Assembly (NCBI RefSeq): GCF_032191835.1
Contig: NC_083233.1
Location: 84,568,001 to 84,632,000 of the forward strand
Source of the DNA: Heteronotia binoei
Lineage: Eukaryota
Length of the DNA: 64,000 nt
Direction of reading: 5' to 3'
Shown here: in pieces, positions 48,993 to 59,688 of the stretch
How the letters are laid out: every line of letters starts with the position of its first letter
Numbering within the stretch: the stretch's first letter is position 1
Made by a program: the position numbers and the translations under genes
The notes under the pieces: generated by a model
Database searches by the model: none
Told to the model about the DNA's origin: nothing
Seen by the model: the letters and a program-made list of their open reading frames with translations, nothing else

Positions 48993-49337
48993 ATAACACG
49001 AAAGTCAATTTTAACATGAAGCTTCCCACAGTCTTTCTGTAGTCCAGCAATGCTGGCTTCCCCTGAAGGTGCAAAGAGACCAACAGGAAATCTCACAATC
49101 TAAATGCCACGTCTTAAGTTATAACTGCAACAGGCCTCTGTCTCTTCAAAGAGACAGACCCTCACGCCCCGCTCTGAACGTAGCAGCCCCGTTGCTGCCA
49201 GAGAGCGTGAGGGTCGAGAGGGAACAGGGCACCGTGCTGAGGATAAGGGGAATGCGCCCTCAGAAGGGACCTCTTCTTCGGTTGGTGAGCGGGAATCCTT
49301 TCGCGCCAAGGAACCATCCCTGAGCAGGGGGAGAGGG

Positions 49338-49844
49338 GGGGTACTGGTAGTTGGTGATTCGATCATTAGGCAAGTAGACAGCCGGGTGGCGAAACCGCGT
49401 ACTGACCGTATGGTGACTTGCCTGCCTGGTGCGAAGGTAGCGGACATTACGCGTGTAGTAGATAGACTGATAGACAGTGCTGGGGAGGAGCCTGTGGTCG
49501 TGGTGCATGTTGGCACCAACGATGTGGGGAAATGCAGTCGTGAGGTCCTGGAGGAAAAATTTAGGCTGCTAGGCAGGAGACTTAAGGCCAGGACCTCCAA
49601 GGTAGCCTTCTTGGAAGTGCTACCTGTTCCACGTGCAGGGCAGGAGAGACAGGCACAAATTAGAAGTCTCAATGTGTGGATGAGACGATGGTGTAAGGAG
49701 GAAGGGTTTAAGTTTCTTAGGCACTGGGATGCTTTCTGGAACAAGCGGGAGCTGTACAAAAGAGACGGTCTCCACTTGTCCCCGGATGGAACCAGGCTGC
49801 TGGCGCTTAAAATCAAAAAGGTGGCAGAGCAGTTTTTAAACTAA
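49338..49844 (+). CDS. CR1 ORF1 C-terminal SGNH/GDSL esterase-like domain
   Basis: Motifs VVGDS, VHVGTND and DGLH. Confidence 0.85.
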   Translation, partial: GVLVVGDSIIRQVDSRVAKPRTDRMVTCLPGAKVADITRVVDRLIDSAGEEPVVVVHVGTNDVGKCSREVLEEKFRLLGRRLKARTSKVAFLEVLPVPRAGQERQAQIRSLNVWMRRWCKEEGFKFLRHWDAFWNKRELYKRDGLHLSPDGTRLLALKIKKVAEQFLN

Positions 49845-49873
49845 ATCTTGGGGGAAAGCCGACAGGAGATGAA

Positions 49874-52467
49874 ATGTCTCTGGTTCGGGAGGACTCGTCT
49901 CAAAGAGATGAAGGGTTAGCTACTATTTTTCTACCGGGTAACGGACCGGAGTTGTCCACTGTGAAGGTGACAAACAATATGGACTGTCTGCCAGTGTCTC
50001 GAGGCGGCAGGAGGAAGGTGGCGGGCCTAGCTCGCCTGGGAAATTATAGATGTTTGTATGCAAATGCTAGAAGTGTTCGAAGTAAAATTGGTGAATTGGA
50101 ATGTTTAGTGTTGGGAGAAAACATAGACATTGTGGGAATTTCAGAAACTTGGTGGAATGAGGAGAATCAGTGGGACACGGTGATTCCTGGATATAAGCTA
50201 TATCGGAAGGATAGGGAGGGAAGGGTTGGAGGTGGGGTGGCTCTGTATGTCAGAGAGGATATACAGTCCAGTAAGGCTGAGATCAGAGAATTAGATTCAC
50301 TTTTAGAAATGCTTTGGGTTGAAATAGAGGGCCCAAAAGGAAATTTAACTATGGGAGTTTGTTATCGCCCACCAAATCAAAAGAGAGAGGACGATTATAA
50401 TATGATGGAAGGCTTAAAGATAGCGGCTAAACGTAAAAACTGTGTTGTAATAGGTGATTTTAACTACCCGCAGATTGATTGGGTCAATATGTGTTCTGGT
50501 CGAGAGAAAGAGATTGAGTTTCTTGATGCTCTCAATGACTGTGCTATGGAGCAGATGGTCTCAGAACCTACCAGGGGTGGGGCGATCCTGGATTTGGTCC
50601 TAAGTAATGCCCAAGACTTGGTGAGAGATGTAAAAGTGATTGCGCCGCTTGGGAGCAGTGACCATAATGTTATTGATTTCACCGTTTGTATAAATAGGGA
50701 GTTGTCCAAAAAGACCACCACAAGCACGTTTAACTTTAAAAGGGGTAAATACACTGAGATGAGGAGGCATGTGAGGAAGAAACTGAAAGGAAAGGTACAT
50801 ACGGTCAAAACCCTTGGGGAAGCTTGGACGCTATTTAAAACTATAATCCTAGAAGCTCAGATAAAATACATACCACAAGTTAGGAAAAGCACAAACAGGC
50901 ATAAGAAAAGGCCTGCGTGGTTAACAAACAAAGTAATGGAAGCTGTAAAAGGTAAGAAGGACTCCTTTAAGCGGTGGAAAACCAGTCCAAGTGAGATTAG
51001 TAAAAGGGAACACAGGCTGTGGCAAATCAAATGCAAGACTGTGATCAGGCAGGCAAAAAGGGACTATGAGGAGCATATTGCAAAAAACATAAAGACCAAC
51101 AATAAAACTTTCCTGAGGACTGGAAGGTAGCAAATGACACCCCCATCTTTAAAAAAGGTTCCAGAGGAGATCCGGGAAATTACAGGCCAGTCAGTCTGAC
51201 TTCAATACCGGGAAAGTTGGTAGAAACCATTATCAAGGACAGAATGAGTAGGCACATTAATGAACACGGGTTATTGAGGAAGACTCAGCATGGGTTCTGC
51301 AAGGGAAGATCTTGCCTCACTAACCTGTTGCATTTCTTTGAGGGGGTGAACAAACATGTGGACAAAGGAGACCCGATAGATGTTGTTTACCTTGACTTCC
51401 AGAAAGCTTTTGATAAAGTTCCTCATCAAAGGCTCCTTAGAAAGCTTGAGAATCATGGAGTAAAAGGACAGGTCCTCTTGTGGATCAAAAACTGGCTGAG
51501 TAATAGGAAGCAGAGAGTGAGTATAAATGGGCAGTCTTCGCAGTGGAGGACGGTAAGCAGTGGGGTGCCACAGGGCTCGGTACTGGGTCCCATGCTCTTT
51601 AACTTGTTCATAAATGATTTAGAGTTGGGAGTGAGCAGTGAAGTGGCCAAGTTTGCGGATGACACTAAATTGTTCAGGATGGTGAGAACCAGAGAGGATT
51701 GTGAGGAACTCCAAAGGGATCTGTTGAGGCTGGGTGAGTGGGCGTCAACGTGGCAGATGCGGTTCAATGTGGCCAAGTGCAAAGTAATGCACATTGGGGC
51801 TAAGAATCCAAGCTACAAATACAAGTTGATGGGGTGTGAACTGGCAGAGACTGATCAAGAGAGAGATCTTGGGGTCATGATAGATAACTCACTGAAAGTG
51901 TCAAGACAGTGTGCGTTTGCAATAAAAAAGGCCAATGCCATGCTGGGAATTATTAGGAAGGGAATTGAAAACAAATCAGCCAGTATCATAATGCCCCTGT
52001 ATAAATCGATGGTGCGGTCTCATTTGGAGTACTGTGTGCAGTTCTGGTCGCCGCACCTCAAAAAGGATATTATAGCTTTAGAGAAGGTGCAGAGAAGGGC
52101 AACTAGAATGATTAAAGGGCTGGAGCACTTTCCCTATGAAGAAAGGTTGAAACACTTGGGACTCTTTAGCTTGGAGAAACGTCGACTGCGGGGTGACATG
52201 ATAGAGGTTTACAAGATAATGCATGGAATGGAGAAAGTAGAGAAAGAAGTACTTTTCTCCCTTTCTCACAATACAAGAACTCGTGGGCATTCGATGAAAT
52301 TGCTGAGCAGACAGGTTAAAACGGATAAAAGGAAGTACTTCTTCACCCAAAGGGTGATTAACATGTGGAATTCACTGCCACAGGAGGTGGTGGCGGCCAC
52401 AAGTATAGCCACCTTCAAGAGGGGTTTAGATAAAAATATGGAGCACAGGTCCATCAGTGGCTATTAG
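49874..52467 (+). pseudogene. CR1 ORF2 (APE endonuclease plus RT), frameshifted by an internal deletion at about 51110
   Basis: CLYANARS, ISETWW, GDFN and SDH endonuclease motifs; DFQKAFD, PQGSVLGP and FADD RT motifs. NNK.F is fused directly to the PEDWK region in another frame. Confidence 0.9.
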
Positions 52468-53560
52468 CCACAGTGTATGTGTGTATATAACATTTTTTGC
52501 CACTGTGTGACACAGAGTGTTGGACTTGATGGGCCGTTGGCCTGATCCAGCATGGCTTCTCTTATGTTCTTATGTTCTTATGTTCAAAGGGACAATCATA
52601 CATATTCTATAAGCGGACTATTACTACAGTGTTCAAATCCAGGAACCACATTTATGGTTTCTATGCAGAACAAGGAAGACAGGTAAAAGCAAGCAAAAAC
52701 CTTTACAATGACATTAAAATCAACATTCAACAATAAGCTTACCACAGTCTTTCTATACATCCGCAGAATGCTTGGCTTGTCCTGAAGGCTCAGAGAGAGC
52801 AACGGGGATCACACTTATAGTTTCTGTGCAGAGCGTGACAAACAAACAAACCAAGAGGAAGCTCTCCAGTGACACTGAAGTCAGTTTCAGCGTGGAGCTT
52901 CCCCCAGTCTTTCTGAGTGACCACATCTGGGTCCAGCAGTGCTGGTGTTGAGAAGGAGCAACATGAGAGCTCCCCGTCTAGATGCCACTTCACAGATTAC
53001 AGCTGCTGTGTGTCTCTGTCTCCTTAAAGGAGCACTTGTGCATATTTTATAATGTGAACATTCAAATCAAGACACAACAATTACCATTATTCGCAGGAAT
53101 ATATACATCCAAAAAAATTTACTCATGAAGCATCACAGTTCTATGCTTTAGTAAAGTGCACCAAAAATAACATTTCTGGCCTCAGGGTGTCACTGGACCC
53201 GGGCTTCTTGCTGGGTAAGGCTGGTGTAGCTTTTCCTGGGCTAACAAAAATTGCCTCTGTGGTGCACCCTCTAGGTACATGCAGATGATGTTTCTGCAGT
53301 GCAGGGTACATGTGTCTGACCTTGAAGGGTGTCGGCAGTGAATGCTGCAAGGAGGATGCTGGCTGGAGGCAGCCCATCAGAGTGGATGCTGGCTCCCAGG
53401 TTGCTTCTGGGCCCAGGTCAAGGGGCTGGTGTTGACCTTTAAAATCAGATGTGACTTGGGGAGCAGTGGCGTGGCTAGCTCAGGCCAGCTCAGGCGCATC
53501 CAGCCTGGGAAGCCAAGCAGGGGTTTGGGGATGCTACAACTGCGCACTTTATTTCTTTTA

Positions 53561-53892
53561 GTTTGGTGTGGTGGTTAAGTTGTGCAGACTCTTATCTGGG
53601 AGAACCGAGTTGGATTCTGCACTCCTCCACTTGCAGCTGCTGGAATGGCCTTGGGTCAGCCATAGCTCTTGCAGGAGTTGTCCTGGAAAGGGCAGCTGCT
53701 GTAAGAGCTCTCTCAGACTCACTCACCTCATAGGGTGTCTGATGTGGGGGAGGAAGGTAAAGGAGATTGTGAGCTACTCTGAGTCTCTGAAATTCAGAGT
53801 GGAGGGCAGGATATAAATCTAATGTCTTCGATGTCTTCTTCTTCATCATCGTCGTCTTCTTCTTTGTCGTCTTCTTCTTCGTCTTCTTCTTG
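53561..53892 (+). mobile_element. Squam3-like SINE, single unit, with an expanded (TCT/TCG)n tail
   Basis: Colinear with the other SINE copies. Confidence 0.85.
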
Positions 53893-55003
53893 TTGCTCAT
53901 TGTAATCTGTAATGAAATAATTATACAACTCATGGCCCGGTTGCTAACAGGCTACGGACTGGTACCGGTCCATGGCCCGGGGGTTGGGACCCCTCTGTAG
54001 ACAACCAAGAATCTTAGCAGGAAAGTGCTCCTTTGGAAGACCAGGCAGGTAACACCCCCCCCCCCCACACACACATCTTGAGGGTCTGGTGTCTGCAGCA
54101 GCAGCAGCCCCATTGTCAGATCCGTTTGGAGCAGCATTCATTCAGTTGCGTCTGTGGGAGGCAGTGTTGCACTGCATGCAGGTGTGTGCTAGTAGCCGTT
54201 TCGGTGACTCTGCCTGTCGTGGCCTGAACCCAACTCCCCTTTTGGCGTGGGTCTTGGAGATGGGGCGCCACTTGCATTTTGACCTGCTAAGCAGCCAGAA
54301 ATAGGGGGACAAACCCCTGGGATGTCTGTTTTCAGACCGCAAGGCAGTTTTCAGGTGCAAATGTTTGTGGTATTTCTTTGTGCCTTGGTGTTTATTTTAT
54401 TATTATTTCTATTGTTATGTTTGCAACACAGTCCGTCTCCAGCCCCAAGACCTAGTGTAGGAATCCGATACCTTGAATTCTTTTGACTTTTGAGGAGTGG
54501 TTTCTCTGTGATTCCCATTGTGGGGTGTTTGGGGGACTATGGAGACTTTACGTGTTCGGAGGAGAAAGTTCCCTGTGAGCTGCAGGCCTCGAGCGTTTCA
54601 CCCAGTCCGGCTGGCCTGCAGCTTCTGAGAGGGGTGGGTTGGGTGTTGTGGGAAGGGGCTGACCTGCCTGGAGCTGCTCCTCCCCCACTCCAGCATGAGG
54701 GCTCCCCTCCGTCCTGTGGACGCTCAGTCCAGGAGCTGCTGGTGGTGGTGTGTGGGGGGGTCAGCAGAGGAAAGCGTCTGGGAGACAGCAGGCTGGGGTG
54801 GTGGAGAGGGGAGGGGCAGCTGCGGCACGTCGGGTCATGTGGGTTGGGTTTCTCGCTGATGAGCAGCATGGAGCAACAGGTTGCTGTGGCTTTGGGAAGT
54901 GCAACCAGCGGGGGGGGGGGGAACTGGAGAGACGGTGGAAGAGAGACGCATGGAGGTTTTCTTGCATAGAAGCCTATCTCTGGAATTAGCCACAGGTCCT
55001 ACT

Positions 55004-55272
55004 GCCCCGTGGCGCAGGGTGGTAAAGCTGCAGCACTGCAAGTCGGAGCCCTCTGCTCATGACCTGAGTTCAATCCCGGCGGAAGCTGGGTTCAGGTAGC
55101 CGGCTCCAGGTTGACTCAGCCTTCCATCCTTCCGAGGTCGGTAAAATGAGTACCCAGCTTGTTTGGCGGGGGGGGAATGTAGATGACTGGGGAAGGCAAT
55201 GGCAAACCACCCCGGGAAAAGTCTGCCGTGAAAACGTGAAAGCAACGTCACCCCAGAGTTGGAAACGACTGG
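55004..55272 (+). mobile_element. Sauria-like SINE, 5' part; the 3' end resumes at 61102-61132 after the DIRS insertion
   Basis: Colinear with the intact copy at 47561-47866, broken between GACTGG and TGCTTGC. Confidence 0.88.
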
Positions 55273-55673
55273 ATCTTCTTCGTGGTCTCTGTGCATCACA
55301 CTGATGGGAGTAGGCGCCAGCGCCGATCTCGATCGGTAAACTTCAAAAGCTGCGGATTTCCGCGCCGACGTCCCAGTGCGCATGCCCGGGCCCCCCCCCC
55401 CGCGCATGCTCACTGGGACAGGAGCGGACATCCCGCCAGTTCTCTTCTGACCGCCGCGCTGATCAGTCGATCTTCTCTGCTACGGTCGGTGAACTTACCC
55501 TTGGATAATAATTTTTTCTTCTATTCTTCTTAGTTAGATAGTTGTAGTTATAGTTGTCGTTATAGTGTAGTTTTAGATAGTTAGTAATAGTTGCGGGAGA
55601 GCGGGGGAGTTTTTCCCGCCCTTCGGGGCCCCCTCTCCCTACTTTCGTTTTTCCCGCCGTTCGTTTCCCTCGT

Positions 55674-57800
55674 ATGGAAAGACGGTGGGGGTTCTTTCGC
55701 CGCTGCTCCTCGTGCGGGAGTAAAATCGCCCCTCCGGACGGGCACGAACTGTGTTTGCTGTGCCTGGGCGAGAGGCACCGTCCTGACTCCTGTCCTCATT
55801 GCGCCAAGTTTTCGCGCCAAACGAGGAAGAACAGGGCAGCCCGACTTGCAGCGGCACTGATGGAGCAGGCTCTTTCCCCTCGTCGCCAGCAGGCTGAGCA
55901 GGCGGAACAGCCCTCCGGTCATTCCGACCAGTCGGCACCGAAGTCGGTCGACACCGACCAGACCCCTCCCGACACCGACCGCCCTAAGAAAAAGCCGGGC
56001 GATGCGGTAACCTCGGGATCCTCGACGCCAGCTAAACGGCGCAAGGAGGAGAAAGGGGCATCAGCTGTAAAGGGGAAGAAGGACAAGAAACAGAGACACA
56101 AATCGGCGCCGCTCTCCGCGCCGGTGTCTCCCGTGGACCCTACGGCTCCGATAGTCCCTCCGCTAAAGCTCTTCGCGTCCCCGATACGCCACTCCGACAC
56201 TCCTTTAGACTCGAGGTCGACGCAGCTGGTCATTTCGGACTCTGATTCGGACATAGAATCGGGCCAGAGGGTCGGTACCGACCGCAGCCCTCTCGGCCGA
56301 AGCACCCCTCGACAGCGAAGCCCACTGGTCAGACCGAGTGATCGGCCCCGAGACCGTTCAGCCAGCAGGTCACGATCTCCTCTCGGCAAGGACGAAGGCC
56401 GATCGCCTCGTGGAGCCCCGTCCCACGTCCCATGGGACCAGAGGCAATGGCAGTATTTGTATGGGGCTTACCCAGTACAACCTCATTACCCATGGCTGCC
56501 GCCGCGACAACCCGAATGGGACCAAGCTTCTGAGACATCTTACCGGTCCCGCACGTCTTTTCGCACGGTGAAGACGGCACCGTCGGCGTCGGTGTCGAAA
56601 CCCCTAGAGCCACGCACGAAGGAGCACGACTTCGCCCCACCGTTAAAGCCGAGGTCGACCCCGACAGCCCCAGCATCCCCATCGAAGCCGGTGCAGCCAT
56701 CGGACTTGTCCGACTCCCCGGACGAGTCTCCCAGGTCGCCGGGGGGTTCGTCTCCTGACGGAGGACCTTCGTCGCCGGACGAGCCATCGCCACCGGGAAA
56801 GACCTCGGACGAACAGCCGATCTCGCCATCGGAGGACCTCAAGTCCTACGGCGACTTAGTAAAGCGGATGGCTCACACCCTCTCGCTCCCGACGGTCCAG
56901 CCACAACCGGTCGTTACCGATACGGTTTTCGACATCGTGCAACAGGACACTTCCACCGCTGTGGCACTGCCTCTGACCAATGTTATGTTGCAGACTGCCA
57001 AGTCCTCATGGGACAAGCCGGCGTCCACGCCTGTGTCCTCTCGCAGGCTGGACCATATGTACAGGATCCAGGAGTCATCAGCAGAGTTCCTGTACGTGCA
57101 CCCGAGACCGAACTCAGTGGTAGTGTCCTCTTCGTCAAAGGCGAAGAAGACCCATTCCACGCCCCCCGATAAGGAGGGTAGGAAACTGGATGCAATAGGA
57201 AGACGGCTTTACACCACAGGCTCACTGGGAGTCAAAGTTGCAAACTACGCAGCCTGTATGGGCAGATATCAATATGCCCTATGGGACCAGGTCTCCACCA
57301 TTCTTGGTTCCATCCCGGAGCAGGCGAAGGCCTCACTGAGAAAGCTGCAAAAGGAGGGCATGGCCCTCGCAAAACAGCAGCTGAACTCAGCAAAACACTC
57401 GGGGGACACGTGCGCCAAAACATTGACCACTGCTATCGCCCTCCGCAGACATTCCTGGCTCCGTTCCACGGCACTGCAACACGACACGCAGGCTTATGTG
57501 GAGGATCTACCGTTCGATGGCTCGGGATTGTTTAGCTCAAACACGGACTCGGTCTTGCAAGAGTTAGACAAAAGTATAAAGACATCTCGGAACCTGGGAG
57601 TAACAAGCCCCCGCACTCCAGCCAAGAGACAGTGGCCAAAGACGTGGCACAAGAAGCCCTACTCAAAGTCGCCAGAGCGGCAATGGCGCTCCAAGCAGCC
57701 AGCTTTTCCGCGGCCCCAGTACCAGCAGAAACCTAAGTACTCGCCACCCTCTACCCAGGTACCCAGGCAGAAGGGTTCCAAACAAAAGCAGGGCCTTTGA
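55674..57800 (+). CDS. DIRS ORF1 (gag-like, 708 aa): N-terminal Cys/His zinc finger, low-complexity middle, LAP2alpha-like C-terminal domain
   Basis: CSSC...HELCLLCLG..H....CPHC; the C-terminal ...TAIALRRHSWLRS...EDLPFDGSGLF is typical of vertebrate DIRS gag. Confidence 0.9.
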   Translation: MERRWGFFRRCSSCGSKIAPPDGHELCLLCLGERHRPDSCPHCAKFSRQTRKNRAARLAAALMEQALSPRRQQAEQAEQPSGHSDQSAPKSVDTDQTPPDTDRPKKKPGDAVTSGSSTPAKRRKEEKGASAVKGKKDKKQRHKSAPLSAPVSPVDPTAPIVPPLKLFASPIRHSDTPLDSRSTQLVISDSDSDIESGQRVGTDRSPLGRSTPRQRSPLVRPSDRPRDRSASRSRSPLGKDEGRSPRGAPSHVPWDQRQWQYLYGAYPVQPHYPWLPPRQPEWDQASETSYRSRTSFRTVKTAPSASVSKPLEPRTKEHDFAPPLKPRSTPTAPASPSKPVQPSDLSDSPDESPRSPGGSSPDGGPSSPDEPSPPGKTSDEQPISPSEDLKSYGDLVKRMAHTLSLPTVQPQPVVTDTVFDIVQQDTSTAVALPLTNVMLQTAKSSWDKPASTPVSSRRLDHMYRIQESSAEFLYVHPRPNSVVVSSSSKAKKTHSTPPDKEGRKLDAIGRRLYTTGSLGVKVANYAACMGRYQYALWDQVSTILGSIPEQAKASLRKLQKEGMALAKQQLNSAKHSGDTCAKTLTTAIALRRHSWLRSTALQHDTQAYVEDLPFDGSGLFSSNTDSVLQELDKSIKTSRNLGVTSPRTPAKRQWPKTWHKKPYSKSPERQWRSKQPAFPRPQYQQKPKYSPPSTQVPRQKGSKQKQGL

Positions 57801-59688
57801 CTGCCTCCCGCCCCTGTATGGCCCTGTGGACTTGCACAGTATCCGGTTGGCACGTTTTCTCCCTGCCTGGGCCCGCATCACGTCGGACCGCTGGGTGCTG
57901 TCAATTATTCAACAGGGCTATGGGATAGAGTTTACCAACCCCCCACCCACCCCGACTTTCGTTTACACCCCTCCTTCGCAAACCCTCCGGGAAGAAGTAT
58001 GCTCCCTCCTCGACAAGGCCGCGATCGAGAGGGTCCCTACGCACCAGCTCCGGCGTGGCTTCTACTCCCGATATTTTGCAGTCCCGAAACGGGACGGGGG
58101 CCTTCGGCCAATTATGGACCTACGGGCCTTGAACCGATTCGTAAGATGCGACAAGTTCAGGATGACAACCCTGCAGTATATCCTCCCGCTGCTGGGACAA
58201 GGGGACTGGATGGCCACGCTCGATCTAAAGGACGCATATTTTCATATATCGATTCATCCCTTCCACAGACAGTTCCTCCGCTTCACAATTGGAGAGGAGC
58301 ACTTCCAATACAGGGCTCTTCCCTTTGGGCTATGCACGGCCCCTCGGGTGTTCACCAAGGCGATGGTGGTGATTGCCGCTCACTTGAGACAGCAAGGGGT
58401 AACACTCTTCCCGTACATCGACGATTGGCTCCTGGTGGCGGAGTCCAGGGAGTCCTTGCTGCGGCACATAGAAATCACCCTTGCCCTGGTGGAAGAACTG
58501 GGACTCCAAATAAACCAGAAGAAGTCCCATCTCCAGCCCGCGCAACGCGTGCAATTCATAGGGGCGATATTGGATTCAAGGGAGTGCAAGGCATTCCTCC
58601 CTCCAGACCGCGCGAATGCCATCGTGCGAACAGTAGCGGCTTTCCGGCAGAATCCCGTGGTCTCAGCACAGAAGGTCCAGAGACTGTTAGGACTTATGGC
58701 AGCCACCACGGCGGTGCTCCCCTTCGCAAGGCTGAGAATGCGGACTCTACAGCTTTGATTCTTGAGGAGCTTCAAATGCAACCTGGAGCCGTACTCCAGA
58801 CTCCTAACGGTACCGCCGGAGGTGCTGGAGTCCCTAAGCTGGTGGGGTCAGAAACAGTACCTAGTGGTGGGAGCCCCCTTCCACAAACCAGTACCAGTGC
58901 TAACGATCACAACGGACGCATCCCTATGGGGCTGGGGTGCCCACATGGGAGGAATATGTGTGGGGGACAGGTGGCCGAGTCGCTACAGTCAACAGCACAT
59001 CAACCTGCTGGAGCTCCTGGCCATCTTCCACGCCATCTTCTCCTTCCAGACTCTTCTGAAGGGAAAAGCAGTAGCGGTGTTGACCGACAACACCACAGCG
59101 GTGGCGTACGTCAACAGGCAAGGGGGGACGGTGTCCCGCAACCTTTGCAAATTGGCCATCTCGCTGTGGGAGCTGTGCAGATCGCTGGGGGTCTCCCTAC
59201 AGGCAGCCCACCTGCCGGGAGTGAACAATGTGCAGGCAGATTTCCTCAGTCGCGGAGGAGCCCTGTCTCACGAGTGGGAACTGAACTCAGAGTTCCTGGA
59301 TCCGGTCTTCCGCAGCTGGGGGACACCGGAGCTGGACGTGTTTGCTACGAGGCACAATGCGAAGTGCGACCTGTTTTGCTGCAGAGGGGGAGCGGACCCC
59401 TTGGCCCTCGGGGACGGTCTCCTAATCCCCTGGACCCACCATACAGTGTATCTGTTCCCGCCCATCCCATTGCTAACCAAGGTCGTGCAGAAACTTCTAC
59501 GGGAGCGCCCACAGGGGATCTTGGTGACGCCATGGTGGCCGAGACAACACTGGTTCCCCTTGGTCCTACGACTGGCCAAGGGGAGGTATTACCGATTCCC
59601 ACAGGCCCCGGACCTTCTCCTCTCCTACCAGGGCAGGATCCTCCATCACGATGTGCCGCACCTCAGGCTGACGGCATGGCGCCTGTGA
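57799..59688 (+). CDS. DIRS pol: reverse transcriptase, RNase H and methyltransferase-like domain; one in-frame TGA at 58756-58758
   Basis: LDLKDAYF, LPFGL and PYIDDWLL (RT); TTDASLWGWGAH and DNTTAVAYVNRQGGT (RNase H); LDVFA and YLFPP (MT-like). The two ORF-track pieces are in the same frame. Confidence 0.9.

Larger units (their letters stand above)
49125..52585 (+). mobile_element. Near full-length CR1 LINE (5'-truncated in ORF1, internal deletion in ORF2)
   Basis: ORF1 esterase, ORF2 endonuclease and RT, 3' UTR and (TTCTTATG)n tail; left boundary approximate. Confidence 0.92.
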
